DNA of 64,000 nt from positions 992,001-1,056,000 of the forward strand of contig OZ176054.1 of the NCBI GenBank assembly GCA_964247055.1, written 5' to 3'. Below, piece by piece: positions 45,859 to 57,300 of this stretch. The DNA comes from Paragordius varius. Lineage: Eukaryota > Animalia > Nematomorpha. The position numbers were made by a program, and so were the translations under genes. Each line of letters starts with the position of its first letter. Positions within the stretch are counted from its first letter, which is position 1. The notes beneath the pieces were generated by a model. That model made no database searches. It saw nothing but the letters and a program-made list of their open reading frames with translations, and was not told the origin of the DNA.

Positions 45859-46330
45859 TTAAAAAATTAAAATATAAAGTTAAAATAAAACAAATATATA
45901 AAAAATTAAATATAATAATAAAATAATAAAAAAAAATAAAAATATTAAAAATTAAAAAAAAACAAAATTTTTAAAAATATTAAATTGAATAATTTAAAAA
46001 TTATATTATTTATGAAAATAGAAATTAACTAAAAAATAAAATTAAAAAATTAAAATAAGATATTAAAATAAGAAAACTAAAAAATAAAAAAATAATTTAT
46101 AAAAAAAAATATCATAAAATTAATTGAAATCAAAAATAAATAAAATATTTATAATATTAAATATAATTTAAAAATCAAATTATAAAAAAAATTATAAAAA
46201 TTAAAAAAAATATAATATATTAGAAAAATAAAAAACTATCGATAATAAAATATTAAATTAAAATAAACTATTTAAAAAAACTAAAAATGATAAAAATAAA
46301 AAAAAATAAAAAAATAGAAAAAAATATAAA
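45859..46330. repeat. A-rich low-complexity block, right part
   Basis: Composition; a diverged relative of ~44060-44460. Confidence 0.75.
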
Positions 46331-46570
46331 TCTGTTGAGCTAAGAGATTCGTTCATTCTGTTGTGGAAAAATTTTCTGAGCCTTTTCAGAATTAAGTTAA
46401 ACTAAAACCCTTATTTTGGGAAAGTATGAATATTTAGAAACTGAAAATTGTTTTAGCCTATTAGTGGTAAATTTAATATATGTAAATGGTACGTTATGGA
46501 ATCAAACATATATTAAAAATTGTTTTTCAGGAAAGCGTGTAATAGAGAATATAATTTTTCACTCCACTAA

Positions 46571-47860
46571 TCTATCAAATAATAAAAATGGAAAATGCTG
46601 GTTTTGTAATCTGTTGGAAAACCGGTGAACCATTCTCCAAATGTCAAAAAAATATAGTCATTAATTCCCAGAAAATGATCTATCCTTTTGGGAATTAGGT
46701 CCCCAGTTCGAGTCCACTCTTGTAAAAAAGCAGTTCGGGTCCACTCAGTGTAAAAAACGGGCTTTGTTTGAAAGCACAAGCCCCAAAAATCGTGTCTTTG
46801 AGACAATTTTGCTGAAAACGTATTGGATAATTTGATTTTAAATATGATTTTTTTTATTTCGATTGCGCCGAATATAGTTAGACCGCATTCAAAGGCCCTC
46901 TTTTTACCTACATACAAAAATAATTTTTTTAATCTATTCTTCTCCCAAGCTATGACACTGTAAAAATTCCATGAGGATTTTAAGTATTCCCTGTTAAAAG
47001 AAAAATTTTTTAGTCGTGCGTTTCTTTTACACTGGCTAAGTAAACAGATACTGGCCCATCATATCAATAGCCGGCCTTTGTGGCTAAATTTTATGAAACC
47101 TATCTGGCCATATGAGTTTAATAAGGGTTTTCAATATTACTAAAAATGCATAAATTTAGGTGGTTTTTTTTAAATTAGTTTACCCCCTGAAAATGAACCA
47201 CCATAGAATGATTTTTCAGTTTGCAATTCTTTCAAAAACTAATGAGAGCAATGGAATTAATCATTATTCCAGATATTCTCCGTAAAAAGGCGTTCTAATG
47301 AAGCGCTTTTTTGTAACAGCCTAACTACCAGCCTAAAACTGCGCCTCCATATCGAAATCGTGTTGTTTAAGAGCTAATTTTAGGAAACTTATCAGGCCAT
47401 ATAAATTAAATAAGGGTAAAATATTACCCGTAAAAAGACAAAAATTTAAGTTGGGCGTTTTTTAATTAGCCGTTAATTAAGCCCTTACGCTAATGCGCCG
47501 CCATAGAACAATATTTAAGTTTTGAAGCAATATTTCCAAGAACTTATAGGAACATATGGAATCCATGATAATTCCAGATATTCCCCTATAAGTTGAAAAA
47601 TTTTGCCCAACGCTTTTTTATACTTGCACCTGGGCAAGGAGCTATCCGCCAAAAACTGCGCCACTATTTAAAATTACGTCGTTTTGGAGCTAATTTACAG
47701 AAAATTTATGAAGCCAGAGCTCATTAAAAGGTTGAAATATAACCCGTAACTAGGTAAAATTTAAGATCAGGGTTTTTTTATTAGCCGTTAATTTGGGGGC
47801 TTTATGCCCTAACAACACGCCATCATGTAAAAATTATTTAGTGTTGAGGTATTTTTTCGA
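46571..47860 (+). mobile_element. Second copy of the same Helitron family, opposite orientation, 3' end not identified
   Basis: Starts A|TCTATCAAATAATAAAAATGGAAAATGCTGG, matching the 5' end of copy 1. 46585-47030 is a diverged reverse complement of 45344-45849. GGGCAAGGAGCTATCCGCCAAAAACTG (~47632) resembles the reverse complement of ~45328-45354. No hairpin-CTAG was found, so the right end is approximate. Confidence 0.7.
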
Positions 47861-48394
47861 ATAACACATGAGACGATGGTATCAAAGATGATTTCAAATA
47901 ATTGCTTTATAAAGGCAAAGAATTTAACTCAGCGCATTGGTCTGCTAGTTTTCAAAAAATTTAAGAAGCCATACGAGTTCAATAATTTAAATAATACCCA
48001 TAAAAAGGTAAAAATTAAACCACTTTCGTTAGAGTTTTTGAGAGGTGAAGTGTTTTTACAAAGTTTAAATTTTTTTGTTATCCAAGTTATTTCAGGGATT
48101 CAAATTGCAACCATTGGCTATTTCGAATTCAAAGTTTATATTTAATTTCAATAGGAATAAATGTTTTAATTTTTCTTAACATATTATTTGGGTATGTGAT
48201 AATCGATTATGATCAAGTTACCTACCGTTTTGAAAAATTTGAAATCTAAATCAAAATGATTTGTTCCAAAAATAATAAAAATGGAAGCAATTTTTGTTTT
48301 GGAAGTACTTTTTCAAAACATAAAAAATTAATTACCAAACTTTTTCCACACATTATTAAAAAAATGGTTTATTTCAATTCTCAAAAAATAATTG

Positions 48395-51300
48395 TTATTT
48401 ATTGACTATGTAATGATTTTGCCAAATGAAGATAGCATAGCTTAGTATATCGATATCAGATTTGATTTTAAGGACAGCACCAATTCCATTTGACTTTTTG
48501 TTAACTTCCATCAAATAATTCAGGAGTAAGTTTAAAATTTTTAACTCTCTTTTCTTTACAATGGTTAGGAAAGTTTCACCCCTGCACCCCACGATTTTAA
48601 TCTAAAATAAAATGTAAAATATTAATTATATAGAGTAAAAATTGAATTTATACGGACAAAACGTTAAAATAAAAGACAAATATTTTTTTCTAAAATCCAA
48701 CCGTACTTTTTAGTGCTTGATCTGAACTCATTGTTTATGGTATACTATGAAATTAGGAAATATATTATTAACACAAATTCTATTTGTTACAATTGTACGG
48801 TTTAAAAAAGTATGGTTGTCTTTAATCTCTTTGTATTTTTACGTTTTGTCCATATAAGTTTAATTTTTGCTATAAATATTAATAAGTGTTAGCATATCAT
48901 ATGATATATATAATTTTAATAAAATTAACAAAATTTATCAAAACTTGAGATATAGTTTTTTCAATAAAGTCTGGAAACAATAGTGATTTCTGAGCTTTTG
49001 GCGTGAAAATCTATTAAAATATTATTTAAAAGATTAATTGCTCATAAAAAATTGAATATCAAAGCACAAAAAATAAAATAACACCGAAGGTTTTGAGTGT
49101 TCGACACAAAGGGCATAAAAATGTCGCAACGGTTGTAAATGATATCTAAAACAATACATTAAAATTAAAAATATATAACAATATAAAAAGTAAATATCTT
49201 CTATTTTAAGTTATTAAAAGCCCATTATTTCATAACTTTTGTATATTTTATCGAATTGGATATCAATAAAGTTGGGTATAATTTCGTGTTGTAATTAATT
49301 TTTATATATATAGATTGGACAACAAAATAATTTTTTAAATAAATATTCTACTCATTTAAATCTGCTTAAATTTCTTATAATCTATGTTAAAGGAACAATC
49401 ACCTGAAATCTGAAACATAGTTTGGCCATTTCAAGGGATAAAAAGCTGATAACAATAAGCAAATGTTAAAATGACTGCTAATATCATTTGAATCCTATAT
49501 ATGCAACATAAAATAAATAAAATATTCGTATTTATAAATGAACAATTCCCTCATGTGAACCCTACTCGTGAAAAAATAAGTCTTATATCCGCATCAACCC
49601 TTTATATTTTTTTAATAAACAAATAACTTAATCAGTTTCCCCCCACTAATATATAATTAATTAATTATTTATAAAAAATATTTTTGGCTAAAACCAGATC
49701 ACAAATATTCTAAAAATATAAAAAAATTATGTTAATGATGGTCAGGGCAAGAAAATAAATTTAAAAGTACCCGGAGCATGAAATGTAAAAAAGTTTGTCC
49801 ATAACAAAATGCACATTATTAATTTGAAGCATAGGAAAAATATTGGGCAAAGGGCAAATATATACAATAAAAATGAAATTATACGGACAAAAATATGAAG
49901 AAAGACAAATTTTTTTAAAAAAAGGATTGTACTTTTTTTGATTTGAAAGTTGTAAGTGATATAGAGAGATAAATAGATTATATTAATTAATTATATATTT
50001 AACTTTATTTATAAATAAAGTTTGAAAAGGTATGACTGACTTTTGAAAAAAAAAAAACATTTGTTTTTTCCGTATACAAATAAATTTTGCTGTTATCATA
50101 CCGAGCAAGTATTAGATGTACTTTTTAAGAGACATCTCCCTTGACCCAAGAATAGCAAACTTATGCAAAGATTCACGCAGTAATAATGTCCATATGTCGG
50201 CAAATTTGAGTAATAGAAACCTAATATACACATATAAAAATTAGAATTAACCAAAATCAAAGTTTTAAAAATGTGGCTTTCTTTGAATTTAATAACAATA
50301 TTTTAATTTCAAATTATATTTTTAGAACTATTCATTGATAAAACCGCTTTGAAACCTATACATTTTCTTAAGTGCATAAGTAATATAATAGAAAACCATA
50401 TTCCCTGTCATATGTTACATCGTCTCCATACAAGTGCGCAGTCAAATTCGCCAAAATATCTTGCTCGTGAAGTGCATTTTCTGTTTGATTTTTCGTATAA
50501 TTTTGGTTGTTTTTATGTTGAGGTCCTATTTTTTCGTTATGGATCATTTTATAATTGCAAAAATCCAGGCAACTTCGAAATATATCCAAACATTTAACAT
50601 TACATGAACCGGCCATAATCTTATGAGATATAGAAGATAAGTTATTGAATCTGAAACATAGTGGTTTATGAAATAAGGGAAAACGTAAAAATATAAGGAA
50701 AAATATTTTTTAGACCCCTGCAATGTTATACTTGTACATAACTCATCGTTTAAAGGAAATAACATAATCAATGAATTGCATAATTTAGATAGGAAAAATT
50801 AATGTATAAGAATGTTTGGCTTTTAGAAAAAAAATACTTGTTATGGTGATGTTTTTAAGTTTTGTGTCTGTTTTATTTAAATTTTTTATGTAATATGCAT
50901 GCATTTAGATGAGATATTTTAGCTAAAATTGTTGATAGTATTTATTTTATTCACCATTGCAAGGGAGATGAGGAAAGCGTTTAAACACATCTCCAAATTT
51001 TGATAGTAAACATTATTTGACCAAATGGGTGTGGATTGCCTTTGAGAGGATTGCCTTTGAGAAGGATTGCTTTCAGTTGGTTGGAGAGATCTAAAGAGTT
51101 CCAGCTGCTGTTGAATTTGTTTAATATGCTTCATCTAAATACAGTAAAACTTAACCATTACAAACTCTTAAATAATCGTATTTGTAAATTCTTTCTGTGC
51201 GAATTCGAAAAGATAAAATACTAAACCATAACTTATGTTTTATAAGTTTTCATACAGGATTTTTTTGTACTTTAGCGCTTCTTCATTTTTGGCGTCCCTG

Positions 51301-54300
51301 ATGATTTTTTGATAAACTTTTGGATTCTAGATATAATTTTCTATTTAATGGTGTCTTTTCCTTGAACCAAATTCTATGTGCCAAAATTTTTCTGTTTTAT
51401 ATGCTCTTTCACTTTATTATTCCACCAAAATTGATATTTTTTTATGACCTTTATTTGATTTTTTCCTCCCCACCAGGCATTAACTGTTTGGATATAAGTG
51501 TTTTTAAATTTTCCCAAGTTGGGTCTGAGATAAAGGTTTTTTTAATTTTTCAGTTATGGATGATTTAAATTTAGCCGTTTTCTGCGCGTCATCTGTGAGT
51601 TTTTTATAGTTTAAACATCTTATGTCAGATCTTCTGGAGAATTTAGTGCTATGGTTGTTTCTAAGACTATCAATTTGTGATTTAACTGTAGTTCGTATAT
51701 AGTTTTAACATTGGTGAAAAGTTTTCTGTGATATTTCTTTGTCAAGAACAAATCAATCATAGACTTGTGGTTTAAAGTCTCATATGTATAATAATGATTA
51801 TTCCGATTTTTTTAAAAAAGGTGTTTATTATAGTTAAATAACTATTTTGTAAAAAGTCGATCAAACGTGATCCATTGTCATTTATATCGTCAGTTCTATA
51901 ACCTCCGTGAATATCAGCAATGTATTGCTTCCCAAAATGGCCATTGAAATCACCCATTAAAATTAAAATTTCATTATCAGGGATTAAAAGGAGATTTTCA
52001 TACAAAATATCGTAAAAGCTGGTTTTATGTTGGTTAGATAATCCATTTTGTGGAGCATAAATGGAGAAAAGATTAAATATTTTATCCTGAAGTAAAATTT
52101 TAATGTGGAGAATTCGGTCATTTATATAGTTTATAGAAGTAATATTATTATTGTAATCATTATGTATAAGGAATTTAACTCCAGATGTCTTATTAATATT
52201 GTTGCCGGACCAATAGAGATGATAATTGAGAATCGATGTAGACCCGTTGTTTTTCCAGTGGCATTCCTGAAGAGCGCATATTGGTATATTTATTGCGGTT
52301 TTGCAAAGCAAAAATGATTTCATAGGTTTTTCGATTTAAAGAATTAATATTAAAGCTCCCGAATTTTAGTTTGGTTGCGTTGAATTTGTCATAATTAATG
52401 TTAGAATGTTGTGACATTTGCTCCTTTACATTCCAGAATGTCCTTTCTTGCGGAATAACCCTTCTGATTGAGGGAAAGGCTTAGTGAAAGATCATATAAA
52501 ACAGAAAAATTTGGCACATAAAATTTGGTTCAAGGAAAAGACACCATTAAATAGAAAATTATATATAGAATCCAAAATTTTATGTCGAAAAATTATCAGG
52601 AATGCCAAAAATGAAGAAGCTTTAAAGTTTGCGAAAAAAATCGATATAAAAACTAAAAACAAAACTGTATATAAATGGGCTAAAAGCAATAATAATAATA
52701 ATAATAACACATCCGCACCAAAATCAGACAATAATAAATGATCCAGCTATTGTTAAAAACAGCTATTATACCTACTTTTCAGAAATTTTAAACCTAAACA
52801 ATCCCATTACTACTCCTATCACATCAACACCTACTCAAAGCTGTGCTGAAAACCTAACTGAATCTGCCATACCGCCTTATGCAAAATGAAAAATAAAAAA
52901 CTCCCTGGCCCTTCGGAACTCATGGCCGACATGCTTAAACTGACTGACCCTCAGATTATCGACTCATATCTGACAACTTTATTCAACAATATAATAAAAG
53001 ACGAAAAAATCCCTCCTGACTGGGAAAACAGCCATATCATTCCCATATACAAAAAAGGAGACCCCTTCCTGCCGAAATCCTACCGTCCAATAAAGTTATT
53101 AGATCACACTATGAAAATATATGAAAAAGTAATTCTCTCCAAAATCCTGCTCAAATTGCATTTAAACGAAATGCAATGCGGGTTCCGGCCAAATAAAAGT
53201 ACAATTGATGCCACGCTAAGACAACTTCAAAGCGCATACATTAGAAAATCTCCTTTATACTACATTTTTCTTGACATGGAACGAGCCTTTGATGCCATTC
53301 CAATAGATCTTATACCATGGGCTCTTAGGCGTCAAGGCATTGACGAATGGTTGATAACCTCAATAATGCTATACCGTAATACCAGAGCCCAAATTAATAC
53401 TCCGTTTGGACTAAGTAAAAGTTTTTCAATAAAAAATGGACTCCACCAAGGATCCATATTAAGCCCAACCCTCTTCAATGTCATTATGGAAGAAATAACT
53501 AAAGACATCGAACCGGCATGCCACACCAAATTCTTTGCGCCGATGACCTCTTAATAACAACAACATCCAGAAGCGATCTCACAACAAAAATTCGTTTGTG
53601 GAATGACACCTTACAAAGTTATGGAGTCAAAGTCAATTTCTCAAAAACCAAATTAATGTCCGATAATCTCACCGCTAAAAACCCGTGCAGCGTATTTAAA
53701 AAAGAAGTTAAATCAAATTTCGTACTCTGCAATTCTTGTTTTCTATGGGTACACAAAAAATGTAGTAATATCAAAACTCTAAATGATTACGATAAAAATT
53801 ACAAATGCTCGGCATGTTTAAATAATAATATTGATTTAACAATGAACTCAATTCCCAACCCTTTCAAAATGGAAACAGTGAGCAGTTTCTGCTACTTAGG
53901 CGAATTGATATCAGCCGGTGGCGGAATAGAACAAACATCGCATATCACAAATGTGGAAAAAATACAATTCGTTAAAATTAATACTAAATAATAAATTCGT
54001 CAAACTACAAACTAAATGTGCCATTTACACTACAGCCATCCGTCCCGTCCTCACATATGGATCCGAATCCTGGCCGGTCAAAAACAAATGAATCAAAACT
54101 CATAAAAGCTGAATCCAAATTATTGAAAAAATATTATTCGCACACAATCCTTCTAAATTCAATTATATCGAATCCATAAACCCGTACCATATACTCAATC
54201 TCAACCCCATCAGCAGCGTCATCAGAAATCTCCGGTTACAATGGGCTGGACATGTTGAAAGACGGCAAGATACTCACATTCTTAAAAGTATGAAAAATTA

Positions 54301-57300
54301 CTTGGTTGAACTACCAGCGATTGGCCGACCCCATACCACATGGTTCAACACAATAACTAAAGATCTCGAATCGCTTAATTTAAATCTAGAATTAGCCAAA
54401 TCAAGAAAAGAGTGGAAAAAACGGGTGTACCGTCATTTAATGGCAAATCCCCATACAAATTAATGATGATGATGATGAAAACAAATTTCCCGATTTAAAT
54501 GCATCCTACCCACGTTAAGTAAAATAATTATCTTTTTCAAAAAGACCTACCATTATTTGAGCCAAAGTGAAATCGTGACTCCCGCAATACTTTAAGGCGA
54601 TGACAAAAGCTTTGCCTGCAAATATGGCATGGTAAGCTAATCTAAACACATCAATATAAATTATGAGATTAATTTAAAAATGGAAATTATTATAATATGT
54701 AATTAAAAGTCAATGTTTAATAAAGAGCCGCCATTCGAAATTAAAGTTAACAAATTTTTAATATGGGAGATTGTGAATTATGAATTAGATCCAATTAAAC
54801 ATTATTTAATAACCCTAATCCTAATATATGAATGATATAATTTTATCATAAAAGTTTGCGAATCTTTATTATAGTTTATAATTAATAAACAGGTTTTATC
54901 TATTATTAATTGTTATGATATAAATTTGAATACATAATTTGAAGAGCATCCTGAAAGTTTCCATTGATTGAAGCCAATGCTTTGTCTATTGAGGATTCGT
55001 TTGAGAGAAGTTCTTTACACAACAACAAATGTTGTTCCACACCGTTCTAAAATTATATTATATTATATTCCACATAAAAATTAAAATAATTATCTAAGCG
55101 GTCAAACTATTATATTAGTTTATCATCAGTATTATAGCCTTATAAAAATTATGATCGAGGGAGTTTAAACCACTTATGTTAAAAACCTGATAGATTTGAA
55201 TACATCAAGTTAGCTAACCTTAGACGAGACAAATTTATATATTAGATTTGAATACATTTTTGATGACCTTTTATATTTGATTTAAACTATTGTATCAATT
55301 TTATATTTAACCTGCACACGTTATTTTACCTTGGTTTAACATGTAAATATTATACTCGCAAAAAGTATACAAACATTTTTGCATTTTATCTCAATAAATA
55401 TTGTTTTACGGTTTCTCGATTTACTACAAAACCCTAAACTTAAAAACCCATCAGGGATTATAAAAAGGTTAAGTAACTTTAAAAAACCTTTTCATTTATT
55501 CGACCACTTTTTATGTACAAAAATATTCTTTGAAAAGTAAAGTAACGTACTCTGGTGTCATTTGTTGAATCGAAAGTGTTCATGAAATGGTAAGGATCCC
55601 CAATCTCATCATAGAAAATGAACCAAATAGTTATCATATTCATCATAAGAAAATCGGGTCGGATGGCTAAAAGGTCTTTAAGCTTGTCCCCAACTATGAG
55701 ATGAGACTTAACTAATGTTTTACTATCACACAACAAATATTTAATTAAATTTTATATAATAATATTAGTAAATCGGATTAAAAAAGTGATTATTGAATGA
55801 ATTATTATAGTTACCAATTTGATTTGAAAAATATTAGGGCCAAGGCAACCATTGCACCAAAGTAGGAATCATTTACGGATAACTTTATAGGAAAAATAAA
55901 ATTTAAAAAATAAAATTTCTCAAGAAAAACTTGAAAGTAAGAAAATCAAACCAGATAAAATTATTTTGAAACTTAAGCTTTAAATACGTACCTTTTAAAT
56001 TACAAATTAATAGATAAGTAAAAATGAAAATTATTAAGACGAAACGTAAGAGATATATTTATAAAAAAACCATATTTTTCAAATCTTGATTTTTTTAAAA
56101 CAACTAATCATTTTAAGCTGCTAAACAGGGAATAAAAGTGTAAATTGGCATCACTCATTTTATTATTTATAATTTTATATAAATTAAGTAAAAATAAAGG
56201 TTTGAAAGCAGGATCTTTTTGCAAGTCTTTTAATTTTCATGTTTATTAAAACCTTATAATTTCAATTTTTCCTGTAATACGTAACTTTAAAATATTTGCT
56301 TTTCCTTTAACCAGTTACATAATTAAAGTTAAAGATTTACATTGTTCTTAGAGAGTTTTATGCAATCGCAAAGCTTTTCTTGAATCCGTGTAAGTGTTTC
56401 AGAGTGCCTATTTGATTCTTTCCAAGCTCTCTATAAAGAATTAATTAGATAATAAAATGAAATACGCCAAAATTAATGCTCCCTAAAGCTAATCCAGCGC
56501 ACAACGAATAACTGTTTTGTCCAATCTGGGTAATGTTAGCGTTAGAGGCACTTTTATTACCGTAAAATTCTAATTGAGTTTGGAGGGAGAAACATTCTAC
56601 ATCATAATATCAAATTTGAAAATGAAACCATTCACATATTCTATTATTGACTTTAATATATGGATCTTAGGTCAAATGTGATGCAAATTTAAGGGATTCG
56701 TTAAATTTAAGGTTAATATTTTTGTTTTTAAAAACACTATTTATAATTTTATAAACACCATTTAATATTCTAATTCACCCTAAAAATTAATTGTGTTTTT
56801 TCGGGCTAGTATAACTCATAATACGAAATATATCTTTATAACTTGATTTATTATTTTAATTACAAACGAAATTTCATATTTAAAATATTAAAAAATATAG
56901 ATATAATTTTTAATCTAAAAAACACTTTTATTTTAAATGGTGAATTTGAATTATTTAAGGGTAAATTTGAAGTGTAAATGGTAATTTTACATATGGGGGC
57001 TTTAAAAATTTAAATTTTAATGTTACATAATACTATATATATTTACCAATTTCCCTCAACATGATATTGGTGAAATGTTCATTGAAAGTTTGTTGATGCA
57101 AAATTCCAAGACTGAAAATAACTGCGCTTTCGACATTCAACGATTGTTTCAAACTATTTTCCCAATTGCCTTTGCCTTTAAGAGTAGTATTATTACACAG
57201 TTTAAAGCCAAAAAATATTTCTTTGTAAAAATAAAAGTCTCTAAAGAGAATTATTATTTTGGGATGAGTAATTTAAAATTTTATACATTAAAATTGAATT

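Noticed and set aside
44958-46917. ORFs at 44958, 45637, 46416 and 46567 as genes
   Set aside because: They lie in or next to non-coding Helitron repeats. Their mutual similarity comes from the repeat, and no domain motifs are present.
47945-47949. CTAG|T as the 3' end of Helitron copy 2
   Set aside because: No convincing hairpin precedes it, and there is no similarity to the 3' end of copy 1.
52418-52482. HDV-like ribozyme at the RTE 5' end
   Set aside because: Short stems exist (CCTTTC/GAAAGG, ACATT/AATGT), but I could not build the nested double pseudoknot or catalytic core. An RNAbob/Infernal search would settle it.
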